The notes below the pieces were generated by a model. It was not told where the DNA came from and made no database searches. It saw only the letters and a list, made by a program, of their open reading frames with translations. This document shows positions 27,509 through 36,413 of a stretch of 43,251 nucleotides of DNA, one piece after another. The stretch covers positions 1-43,251 of the forward strand of contig JAVZLK010000010.1 in assembly GCA_038883795.1 (NCBI GenBank), written 5' to 3'. Numbering within the stretch: the first letter of the stretch is position 1; the number at the start of each line of letters is the position of its first letter. The stretch comes from Candidatus Bathyarchaeia archaeon (GTDB taxonomy: Archaea; Thermoproteota; Bathyarchaeia; Bathyarchaeales; Bathycorpusculaceae). Made by a program: the position numbers and the translations under genes.

Positions 27509-29065
27509 TCACGAGTATGAATCATTGCCTTCTTGAATCCCTTCTAGAGTGTGTTCAAGGTCCTCGTCTTGCCACTTCTTTTTTTTCTTTCTGTAGCGCT
27601 TATATATCCTCATTATGGTCTCAATAGCTTTGTCTCTTTTAAGCACCCATTCTCTGATTCTTTCAATCGCTTTTTTCTTGATGGCTCTCAGTTGTCTTCC
27701 GCAGTTTTTGCAGATGTAGACTTGTCCGTTTCTCACCATTTTGTTTTGACAATCTGGACAAAGGAGTGCTACATTAGGCAGGTAATCCAAAATATCTAGC
27801 CCACAGTTCGCTAGGAGTTCCTCTAATTCGTCTTCTCTACGTTTGTATCTCTTGCTTAAAATTGAAATTATTTTTGCTGCCTTTTGAAAGCTTTCCTCAT
27901 CGATATAAGCCAGGTTGGGATCGTTAACGGCAACTTCTCCAAACTTCCTATTCACAACCTCCCCAAAGTACCTTGGCTTGCCTATATACACAGGATTTCC
28001 TAAAATTTGTCTGATTTGTTGGCGAGTTAATGGTTTCTTCAAAACAGAACTGTGAAGCCTATTTACAATATCTGCCACAACTCCATAGTTTTTATAGCGC
28101 AAGAAGAGTGTAAACACGTCCTTAATCACACAGTCCCAACCGAAGTTTTTCTCAATCCATTGCTTTTTCTTCTTATATCCCAAGGGAACTGGCAGATTCC
28201 ATATACGATTTAGGAAAGATTGTACTTTGGAACGCAGCGCATAATAACCTCTTAACTCATTTTGCTCTTCAGCCCCAAATGCTTTGACGGTCGTCGCAAC
28301 CAAGTCTGCAAGCTTTTCTAAGTCAAGCTCTCCGGTTGGAGTAACAATCAGCACACCATAGCTTCTAAGTTGCAGAAGAAAACCCAGAAGCTTGAGGGAT
28401 CTCCTTCCAACTCTATCAATTTCAGAAACTACCAACTTATCTATCTTTCCAGCTGCAGCCAAGGCAAGGATTACTCCAAGTTTTCGGCTGCTGAAATCCC
28501 TTCCACTTTTCCCAGCATCGATTAGGAAAATGGCACGGGAGGCTCCTATCTTTTTGGCAACGGTTCTGAGCTCCATTTCTTGAGCCTTCAAGCTTTTCCC
28601 TTCTTTCGCTTGCTTTGGGGTGCTTACTCTTATGTAAACTGCAACGGTGACTCCTTCTTTTCCATACCGCTCTATCTTGTCGATAGATGGAAAAACAGCT
28701 TGTAAAAGACTGTCATCCTTTCCCTCTTTTCTAGCAGCTCTCCTTATCCTAGTGCCCTTTGGTTTATTAATTGTCTTTTTGAAATTTTTAGGCTCAGTTT
28801 TTCTGTCATGAGAGTTTTGCTTGATAAAGCCTACTACGAAAGCGCCAAAGAAATGTAAGGGAAAAATCACTTGGTTCTGCAAAAATATCAGAAAGCATGC
28901 GAGAAAAATATATGATGCAACATGTCCCTTAAAAGTAAGATGTGACCACTCCAATGTTGACTTAAAAGATTTTCTGAAAATTTTTATGGTTTTTATTATG
29001 CGGGCAACGAAGACAGAAAGAATCATATTTTTCGTAAAAAGTTTGCGCAAAACTAAAAAGTACAT
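27509..29065 (-). CDS. serine recombinase with C-terminal zinc ribbon (true start probably downstream of 29065)
   Basis: VYIRVST..Q, GKSG, EIDRVGR, VPLGY, NPVYIG, CPDC...CKNC. The first ~130 aa are unassigned. Confidence 0.85.
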   Translation of the reverse strand: MYFLVLRKLFTKNMILSVFVARIIKTIKIFRKSFKSTLEWSHLTFKGHVASYIFLACFLIFLQNQVIFPLHFFGAFVVGFIKQNSHDRKTEPKNFKKTINKPKGTRIRRAARKEGKDDSLLQAVFPSIDKIERYGKEGVTVAVYIRVSTPKQAKEGKSLKAQEMELRTVAKKIGASRAIFLIDAGKSGRDFSSRKLGVILALAAAGKIDKLVVSEIDRVGRRSLKLLGFLLQLRSYGVLIVTPTGELDLEKLADLVATTVKAFGAEEQNELRGYYALRSKVQSFLNRIWNLPVPLGYKKKKQWIEKNFGWDCVIKDVFTLFLRYKNYGVVADIVNRLHSSVLKKPLTRQQIRQILGNPVYIGKPRYFGEVVNRKFGEVAVNDPNLAYIDEESFQKAAKIISILSKRYKRREDELEELLANCGLDILDYLPNVALLCPDCQNKMVRNGQVYICKNCGRQLRAIKKKAIERIREWVLKRDKAIETIMRIYKRYRKKKKKWQDEDLEHTLEGIQEGNDSYS

Positions 29066-29247
29066 TCTTAATCCTCATCCTTCAGAAATCTACTTAACTT
29101 TAACCAGACAGGTAACCGTGCTAAGAAAACGTTGATATCTAGTTCATTTTCTTCGGATATGAGGATCTCTCTGAGGGCACTATTTTTAGGAAGTTTGTAG
29201 ATAGCGAACTCTTTTAATTTCTTAATGCTTACCCTGGCAGGAGGCAT

Positions 29248-29811
29248 TTGTATCCTCCTCTTCCTTCGATAATTTTTTATCCAAAAACGCCCCTTTATTG
29301 TCCAATGTGGATAAGTGGTGAAATGAAAGGAACAACTTTATTGAGTTGTATGAGACAACATCTGAAAGATCGGTGGGTTACTGCGAATGATGTTAGGACA
29401 TATTGCGCTAGAGCTGGAGGATATACTAGGGAAGTTCTTGACGAAGCTGCAAAGAAGGGTCTAATAGAAAAAAGAGAAGAGGTAGAATACAAGGTTTATT
29501 ATAGAATTGATCCGCCTTTAGGACATGATAGTCCACTATGCCCATTTGAACCAAATGTTCCTTATGAAAAAAGTGTTTGCGTATTTTTTGAGAAGAGAAT
29601 AGAAGATTGCGTGGGATGGAAACATGGTAGCGGACGCCCAGAGAGTTGTGATTTATTAGACCATTTTGAAAGAGAAACATCTTCGCAGTTTACTTATACA
29701 TCCCTAACAAGCGATTCTGAATTTTTTAATGATTTTCCAGGAACCCCGCTGGATTCCTTCCCGTATAAAGAGGAGTCGCATATTAATATTAAGACTAGCC
29801 TAGTGGTTTAA
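29248..29811 (+). CDS. hypothetical protein (wHTH-like N-terminus, Cys cluster)
   Basis: WVTANDV...TREVLDEAAKKGLIEKR...VYYRI resembles a wHTH; start uncertain. Confidence 0.45.
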   Translation: MYPPLPSIIFYPKTPLYCPMWISGEMKGTTLLSCMRQHLKDRWVTANDVRTYCARAGGYTREVLDEAAKKGLIEKREEVEYKVYYRIDPPLGHDSPLCPFEPNVPYEKSVCVFFEKRIEDCVGWKHGSGRPESCDLLDHFERETSSQFTYTSLTSDSEFFNDFPGTPLDSFPYKEESHINIKTSLVV

Positions 29812-30069
29812 AATGCGTTGCTCTTTGAAACTCAAGCATCCGATGTGTTGAGTTATACTTGCAAAGTCAACTGTTTAAATAATTAACTTTTAGAATTAGC
29901 TGTTGAATAGAAGAAACTTTGTAGCCTTAGGGGACGTCAATATTATTTTAAGCGCTGCTATTCCCGAAGGAATTGTGTTCCGTGCGAGTGTTCCTAATGG
30001 GTTTGTGATTCGTGTTTGGTGTGCAATGAGCGAGGATGATATGATAGATGAGTTGATCGGAAATGGAAA

Positions 30070-30330
30070 TTGATTTTGAGACTTGGAAAAGGTTTGTTGA
30101 AGGCGCCAAAAATAATTAAGGTTGAGCTTAGGCGTCCCAATTCCTTGTTCTTTGAGTTTGACACTGGAATGGTAAGCTATGTTTGCTCTGAGAAACCTTT
30201 ACAGTTTGACTTTAACTGGATGCAGGGATACGAGTTTCTAAGCAGGAAAGCCCTTGGCATATGCCTCAAAAGGATGATGGAGCACTCTAAGGCGGAACAA
30301 AGAAAGAAGATAGTTAAAGAAAAACATTGA
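30070..30330 (+). CDS. hypothetical protein
   Basis: 86-aa ORF with no motif; may be part of a degenerate region. Confidence 0.3.
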   Translation: MILRLGKGLLKAPKIIKVELRRPNSLFFEFDTGMVSYVCSEKPLQFDFNWMQGYEFLSRKALGICLKRMMEHSKAEQRKKIVKEKH

Positions 30331-30685
30331 GTCAAGAGATACCAAAGATAAGAAGAGGTCTAACAAGTGATGGCTTTTCAATGTTTGCAGGTTGAAGCAT
30401 AAAACCAGAGAAAATAGAAAAAGTAGCAGTAAGAGTCGAGGAAATGATCGAATTAAATGGGAAGAAGCTTTCAAGGCAGAGAATAAAAAACCTTTTAGTA
30501 ATGACTTAGTGGAAATTCCTTGCTTACATGCTTGCTCCTAGTAATAAAAATCGTTCCTTTCCATTCCCCCTTACACTACATCGGTTATCTTCTTTCAGCC
30601 TCTTACTCATCATAGCTAAAAACCTTGAAAGCGGAGCAAAGATGAGTCAAAAAATAAAAAAGCGCCAATTGAATTTAGTATTTTC

Positions 30686-31504
30686 ATGGTGATGCCTTTG
30701 GTTGATATCACACCCAAAAGGGCCTTGGCTAACATTGCAGATTTTATAGTTAAAAAAAGGTATCATACTAATTGGGTTCTTATGGCAGGTTTAGTTGATT
30801 ATAATTTAGAAAAAAATCCTAGGCTTATAAGAAGTCAAAGCTTTGGAGATCCAGACTATCCTGGTTGTGTTTTAAAATTCTTAGAAGATGTTTACAAACA
30901 AAATCCAGAGGATGCAAAATTTGTAATAAGTCGCATAGTGCGTGACGAAGATGAAAATGATGTATTAGACTCAGAGTACAGGCCCGCGTTTGAAGCGCTT
31001 GAAATCATTCCTAAATCAGGGATTACCACACCCATCCTAGTACCAATAATAAGAACGAAGTACTTAGATGTCAGCAGCTTTCCCCATGATTTCTATAAAG
31101 AGCTAATTGAACAAATTAACGCGTGCTATCAGCATGGACTTTATCCTGCTGCACAAATTTTGATTCGTAAGTTGCTTGAAAATTGCCTGATTGACATTTT
31201 AAGGAGAAGGTATGGCATGGCTGGTATTGATTTATTCTTTAATACCCGAAAGGGACACTTCCATGATTTTTCCGTACTTTTAGACAACGTGTCTAAGAAT
31301 ATTAGAGACTTCATATATGTAAGAGATTCTTTCAATGAAGATTTGATAAAGCGTATTGATGGATTTAGGGAACAAGGAAATGCTAGTGCCCATAATATTA
31401 ATCTGAACACCGAAAGTGTTAGGTCGGAGCTGGATAAAAGTAGAGGTGAATTAAATTTTATTGTAAAATCACTTTTTAGAACCATAGACAACCTTTCCAC
31501 TTAA
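30686..31504 (+). CDS. HEPN (DUF4145-like) domain protein
   Basis: EQINACY..GLYPAA.ILIRKLLEN...FREQGNASAH, with an uncharacterised N-terminal domain. Confidence 0.75.
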   Translation: MVMPLVDITPKRALANIADFIVKKRYHTNWVLMAGLVDYNLEKNPRLIRSQSFGDPDYPGCVLKFLEDVYKQNPEDAKFVISRIVRDEDENDVLDSEYRPAFEALEIIPKSGITTPILVPIIRTKYLDVSSFPHDFYKELIEQINACYQHGLYPAAQILIRKLLENCLIDILRRRYGMAGIDLFFNTRKGHFHDFSVLLDNVSKNIRDFIYVRDSFNEDLIKRIDGFREQGNASAHNINLNTESVRSELDKSRGELNFIVKSLFRTIDNLST

Positions 31505-31540
31505 ATTTACTTTATGTGAATATAGATATAGGGAATCTTC

Positions 31541-32593
31541 ATGACTAACATTAATAAAACACTTTTAGCGGAAATTAAGCCACATTTTGGGCGATACAAC
31601 TGTGACTTTTATGAGATGGAACATTTTCTGAACCATCGTGGAAGTTTTCTTGAAAGACAAGCAGAAGCTATATGCATCATTGAGGGCATTATGACGGCGC
31701 ATGGAAAAGAGAAGTTAATTCGTCATGTATCTGAACTGGCTCGTGTTGAGCACGGGATTCATGAGTTAGAACCGTGGGTTCGGGATCATGTTGTGCACGC
31801 TTTACTTAGTTTTATTTTAGGAATTTATATCAATGAGAAAATTCTAAGACCTCACCATATCCCTGTTGATGATTTTCAGTGGAAATTAGCGGGAATGTTT
31901 CACGATATCGGATACCCCGCAGAAATAGCAAATGGCATATTGAAACCTTTTATAGAAAAGATTAATGATATTAAAAGAACTCTTTTGGGTCGTTTTAAAC
32001 GTCCAGATGTTCGTTTTAAAGTTATTCCAGTCGGACTTGAAAGTCTTCAGAACAATGTTAATAGCTTTGACTTAATCCAAAACCGTTTGAACGAATGGGA
32101 TCTCAAAATTGATGCGAGAAGAGAATATGATCTGATCGTCGAGTCTGGAAATGTAGATCACGGAATTATAAGCTCACTGGCCATTTTATATGTAATTGAT
32201 CTTATGTATCAAAAGCACAATCCAAAAAGAGAATATAAAGATAGATTCATTCCTGGAACCAATATAAGTTTTAACCAAAAATATTTTGAAGAGGATGTTG
32301 TCTCCGCATGCACGGCTATTTACATTCACAATCTTCCAAAAAGATCTTTTTGTAATTCAAAAATTGATAGAATTAAGGCTCCTGTAGCATTTCTTCTAAA
32401 ACTTTCAGATTGTCTCCAAGAGTGGGAACGACCTTCTTTTACTAATAAATTTGGTTTTCCGGCGAATAAGTTTGATGTCAATGTCTCTAACAAACAGCTA
32501 ATCTTTCATGCAGATATACCGTACGAGAAAAAGAAGAAAATTAGAGATGATATTTCATCATTTCTAATTGCTCAAGATGTGCAAATTTGTTAA
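31541..32593 (+). CDS. HD-superfamily phosphohydrolase (HD-CE-like)
   Basis: RDHVVH, FHDIGYP, DHGIIS, IYIHN, LSDCLQEWER. Confidence 0.8.
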   Translation: MTNINKTLLAEIKPHFGRYNCDFYEMEHFLNHRGSFLERQAEAICIIEGIMTAHGKEKLIRHVSELARVEHGIHELEPWVRDHVVHALLSFILGIYINEKILRPHHIPVDDFQWKLAGMFHDIGYPAEIANGILKPFIEKINDIKRTLLGRFKRPDVRFKVIPVGLESLQNNVNSFDLIQNRLNEWDLKIDARREYDLIVESGNVDHGIISSLAILYVIDLMYQKHNPKREYKDRFIPGTNISFNQKYFEEDVVSACTAIYIHNLPKRSFCNSKIDRIKAPVAFLLKLSDCLQEWERPSFTNKFGFPANKFDVNVSNKQLIFHADIPYEKKKKIRDDISSFLIAQDVQIC

Positions 32594-32676
32594 TGTTTAA
32601 ACAAAACAAATATTTGGCAAAAGTAAAGGCTAAAACCTAGGTTTGAAAAATATCAGTGAACGGTTTGCCGGTAAAT

Positions 32677-32701
32677 TTGGGTTCAAATCCCGACTGGAGC
32701 A
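32677..32701 (+). other. relic tRNA 3' half (tRNA-Glu-like), possible old att site
   Basis: TTGGG-TTCAAAT-CCCGA-CTGGAGC-A = T arm plus 3' acceptor strand resembling archaeal tRNA-Glu (CCGGAGCA); no 5' half upstream. Confidence 0.6.
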
Positions 32702-32964
32702 AATCAGAAAAATTTAGAAAACTATGGTTATAGCTTTGCCATTTACTTTCGCTCTTCTTTAAAGCAGGTCTATGAAAGCGACCAAAGTGATAGCTTCGTA
32801 ATTATTGTTTTCTATAGAAATGGTCAGATAGTTTTCTTAGGTATAGTTGTACTTTTCCGCATTTTATTATTCTAATACTTTTCAAAAACTTTGCGAGAAG
32901 TAAAAGCAAAAATTTAAGCCTTTTATATAGATTTAACTCTAAATTATTCTACGAAGGATTTGAA

Positions 32965-33240
32965 ATGAGTGACGAAGGTAAAGAACTGCTCAAGAAGTTG
33001 GATATTCTGGCAAAGAAGATAGATGTTTTAACGACGGTCACAGCGGCTTGTGCTTTTCAAGGTAAACAGTTGACGGAAAGTGTTTCAGTTCTTTTGGGCT
33101 TGGGCCTTGAACCAAGTGAAATAGCAAAAATATTAGGAACAAAACCAAATATAGTGCGGGCAATCAAATCTCAACTTACTAAGAAAATCAAAGAAAAGGA
33201 ACCGAGAAGGGGGCAAACCAAAAGTGATAGGAAAAGGTGA
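32965..33240 (+). CDS. small HTH protein (tandem paralogue 1)
   Basis: LGLEPSEIAKILGTKPNIV. Confidence 0.8.
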   Translation: MSDEGKELLKKLDILAKKIDVLTTVTAACAFQGKQLTESVSVLLGLGLEPSEIAKILGTKPNIVRAIKSQLTKKIKEKEPRRGQTKSDRKR

Positions 33241-33249
33241 ACAAATATA

Positions 33250-33513
33250 ATGATGAGCAGAGAACAATTTGAGCAAATAGTAAGCAGACTTGACACACTA
33301 ATCAAAATAACAGCTATAAATGCTTTTCAAGGTAAATCAAGAGCAGATGTAGTCCGTATTCTTTCAGAACTTGGTTTCAAAAACAAAGATATTGCCATGA
33401 TTTTAGGGACTACAACTGCCTATGTTGCAAAGGTGAAGTATGAGTTTAAAAAACAACGGAAAAAAGAAGAGGTTGCTGAAAAGTCAGATAAAAAAGAAGC
33501 TGAACAAAGATGA
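33250..33513 (+). CDS. small HTH protein (tandem paralogue 2)
   Basis: LGFKNKDIAMILGTTTAYV; shares AFQGK with paralogue 1. Confidence 0.8.
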   Translation: MMSREQFEQIVSRLDTLIKITAINAFQGKSRADVVRILSELGFKNKDIAMILGTTTAYVAKVKYEFKKQRKKEEVAEKSDKKEAEQR

Positions 33514-33773
33514 TGAGCAAGGAGCAGTTTGAAGAACTGTCTCAGAAACTTGATACAATAATTAAATTACTCGCTGGCAACTTGTTGAAAGATGTTAAAA
33601 CTAAGACGCAAAAAGTTGAAATCTTATATAATTTAGGGATTTCCACAAAGGAAATAGCACAAATCATAGACGCAAGCGAAGCGAGCGTTGAAACCTTGAA
33701 AACTCGTTTAAGAAAGAGAACAGGAGAGGTTGCACTAAAAAGTGGAAAGAAATCTGACAAGAATCAACCCTAA
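33510..33773 (+). CDS. small HTH protein (tandem paralogue 3)
   Basis: LGISTKEIAQIIDASEASV; N-terminus MMSKEQFEEL..KLDTIIK is close to paralogue 2. Confidence 0.8.
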   Translation: MMSKEQFEELSQKLDTIIKLLAGNLLKDVKTKTQKVEILYNLGISTKEIAQIIDASEASVETLKTRLRKRTGEVALKSGKKSDKNQP

Positions 33774-34623
33774 GATATTTGAAGCTATTTTGAACAAGGC
33801 AAGGGAAAACCAACCTAAGATAACAGAAAGAGCTATCTACAATAGAATTCATGCTGTAAGAAAAGAATATGACAACCTGATTTCTCTACGAATGGCAGCT
33901 AATTTACTTGCATCAAGAATGGGGATAGATGTTTACAGAATTATCAAAGACAAAAATGAATTAGCTGAACTAAGAGATCTATCACGAATACTGGTTCGAG
34001 GTTATCTGAAAGAAACTGTTCCGCAAGTCGTTGAAAAGAGAAAAAAAGTCATTCCAAAAAAGAAACTTAGTAAGAAAGTCTTCATAGCTCATGGTAGAGA
34101 TTACAAACCGGTTAGAGAATTAAAGGCGATGCTTGAAAAATTCGGTTTAAAACCCATCGTTTTAGCCGAGCAACCGAGCGGAAGTAGAACAGTTGTTGAA
34201 AAACTGGAGAAGTATTCGAAAGATGTGAACTATGCTTTTGTCATACTTACGCCAGATGATGGTTCCTTCAACTTTGCCGCCTTAATGGAAATAGCTGAGA
34301 AAAGTGAAGCGCAAACATTAAGTCGAAAGGAGAAAGATGAACTTTTCTTGAAACTTTTCGGAAATATCGTAAAAAAAGTAGCTCGGCAGAATGTTATTTT
34401 AGAATTCGGCTATTTTATAGGCAAATTAGGTCGTGACCATGTGTGCTGTTTATATAAGGGTGATGTCCAACTTCCATCAGATATGCAAGGCATAGTCTAT
34501 GTGCCATTTAGGAATTCGGTAAGAGAAGCAGAAAACGATATTATAAAAGAGTTAGAAGCCGTGGGTTATGATTTACAAACTAAAAAAAGGCAAAAAAGCA
34601 GAATTCATGCTTTGCGAAGTTGA
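33742..34623 (+). CDS. CAP12/Pycsar-type TIR-domain protein with helical N-terminal domain
   Basis: KVFIAHGRD, LEKY, YAFVILTPDD, ARQNVILEFGYFIGKLGR, LPSDMQG. Confidence 0.9.
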   Translation: MERNLTRINPKIFEAILNKARENQPKITERAIYNRIHAVRKEYDNLISLRMAANLLASRMGIDVYRIIKDKNELAELRDLSRILVRGYLKETVPQVVEKRKKVIPKKKLSKKVFIAHGRDYKPVRELKAMLEKFGLKPIVLAEQPSGSRTVVEKLEKYSKDVNYAFVILTPDDGSFNFAALMEIAEKSEAQTLSRKEKDELFLKLFGNIVKKVARQNVILEFGYFIGKLGRDHVCCLYKGDVQLPSDMQGIVYVPFRNSVREAENDIIKELEAVGYDLQTKKRQKSRIHALRS

Positions 34624-34775
34624 CAGCTTAACACTTTAACCAAATCAAAAACATGGTTAATTATACTCAGTTTGTTGCTGTTCTAAGCTTAAAAGGCGTC
34701 ATAGAAGTAGCCCTAAGTCACGGAGAATCTGATTTTTAAGCGTTGTAATAATCAAGTATATTGAGGGTGAGTGGT

Positions 34776-34910
34776 GTGAAATCTGATGAGTATATGGAGT
34801 TGAAGGCTGAAATTGAAACTGTTAAAAAGCAAATTGCTAAGCTGGAAAAGGAGTTGTTGAATGTTAAACGATTAGCCCAAGAGGCTTTGGACACAGCTGC
34901 AATGCTTTAA
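34776..34910 (+). CDS. small coiled-coil protein (44 aa; missing from the ORF track)
   Basis: MKSDEYMELKAEIETVKKQIAKLEKELLNVKRLAQEALDTAAML with GGTGA ribosome-binding site upstream. Confidence 0.55.
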   Translation: MKSDEYMELKAEIETVKKQIAKLEKELLNVKRLAQEALDTAAML

Positions 34911-35003
34911 AAGCCTAGTATTACTACATGCGTTCCAAGTTTTCTTTTTTCGAAAATGATTTAAGTTATCTTATACATGTTATTTTTAGTTTGGTGCAGG
35001 CAA

Positions 35004-35246
35004 ATGAGTTCAGTTGTTGCTGTTCTTTCAAGGTATGAGGAGAATGCAAAGTGGGTCAGTAGGCATTATGAAGAGTTGAAGAAAAAGTATGTAGATGAAT
35101 GGATCGCGGTTTCAGATGAAACTGTTATCGATCATGACCGCGATTTAGGCAAACTCGTTAAGAGGCTACGTAAGAATTATACAGAAAGTTACAACGAAAT
35201 CGCCATAGCGTATGTGACTGCAAAGGAAATAGAGCTCATCCTTTGA
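35004..35246 (+). CDS. DUF5678-family protein
   Basis: N.KW...YEELKKKYVDEWIAV....VID.D.DL; start ATG 35004. Confidence 0.75.
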   Translation: MSSVVAVLSRYEENAKWVSRHYEELKKKYVDEWIAVSDETVIDHDRDLGKLVKRLRKNYTESYNEIAIAYVTAKEIELIL

Positions 35247-35257
35247 GAAGTGATTTC

Positions 35258-35502
35258 TTGCGAATTTCATGCTTCTTTAAGCCGGGAATTTTTGAAGCAG
35301 CCTACGTGGTTGCCATACTCAGATCTAAAGCCACTTAGAAAACATGGAAAGAATATACATCTTATAACACGCTGTCCCGGATGAACGTATAATGCGAATC
35401 CCAAGCATCCTCGGAAGAGACATCCTAAACAAGTACGCCCTCATATACGATAAAAGACATGAAACCGCCTACATAACCGACGAAGAACCACCTTCACGCT
35501 AG
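35258..35502 (+). pseudogene. truncated retropepsin-like aspartic protease remnant
   Basis: The N-terminal piece stops after ~26 codons; the C-terminal piece IPSILGRDILNKY survives; no DTG catalytic motif is visible. Confidence 0.6.
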
Positions 35503-35598
35503 CTGTTAAACCGCCCCATTTATAAGCGAGTTAATTTCCGCACTTAAATATGGATTGTAGGCAAAATTTTTCTACCGGGTTATATGCATTTAATTTTC

Positions 35599-36255
35599 AT
35601 GAAGAAGAAAACTTTGTTATATCTTGACAGCGATTTAGTTGAGAAGGCAAAGAAAGAGAACCTGGACATTTCAAAGCTTACCGAAGAAGCAATCAAAGAA
35701 ACCTTAAAAGTAACCATTCCCAAGACAGCCCGCAACTATCTTCAAATAATACTTGCAGAGGCTGGACGCGAAGAAGCACGTTACTGCGAAGTTCATCTAC
35801 TGCCATTCCAGATTGAATCGTTAAAACTTGAGAACGTAGGTCCGTTTAAAGAGTTTGAGGCAAAATTCAAAAAAGACGCAATAAACGTCATCTATGGACC
35901 GTGCGGTTCTGGAAAATCAACCATCGTGAGAGCTATTCTATTGGCGTTCGGCATTCGCCATAAATACTTCTTTTCCAAAACAGTAAACGGAAAAATAACC
36001 CTCAAACTGGTTCCAGAACAAGATTCAATCCATATTATGGTAAATAAGGAGAACCCATCAGATGCCGCAAAAAGTTATAGATGCCTTATCGGAGACAACT
36101 TTTTTGACAGAATACCCAAACGCATGGTCACAGAAATCTGCAAAGAAATGAAAAACCTCCAACTACAAGCTATAATCACATCTTTGCCGATGATTGATCT
36201 TTCTATGTTTCCTAAGGATGCGAACGTGATTTCTTTAAAAAATTTGGAAGTATAG
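35599..36255 (+). CDS. RHH/CcdA-like N-terminal domain fused to a minimal ABC/SMC-type ATPase head
   Basis: KKTLLYLDSDLVEKAKKENLDISKLTEEAI; IESLKLENVGPF; GPCGSGKST; degenerate Walker B LIGDN; IITS. Confidence 0.7.
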   Translation: MKKKTLLYLDSDLVEKAKKENLDISKLTEEAIKETLKVTIPKTARNYLQIILAEAGREEARYCEVHLLPFQIESLKLENVGPFKEFEAKFKKDAINVIYGPCGSGKSTIVRAILLAFGIRHKYFFSKTVNGKITLKLVPEQDSIHIMVNKENPSDAAKSYRCLIGDNFFDRIPKRMVTEICKEMKNLQLQAIITSLPMIDLSMFPKDANVISLKNLEV

Positions 36256-36413
36256 AAAAGTGGTCTCCGATGGGATTGTGAAATTGTTTCATGTATCCAT
36301 ATAAAAGCAGTACACAGGAACTATCAAAAGCATAGTAGAAGTAGTTTTCATAAAATTTAAATTAACTATAAGTTTAATTATAATTACAAAGGAGAAGGGA
36401 GCAAAGATTTCAA

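Noticed and set aside
30465-30485. AAGCTTTCAAGGCAGAGAAT as a partner of the 24488-24532 palindrome
   Set aside because: The similarity needs several gaps; not distinguishable from chance.
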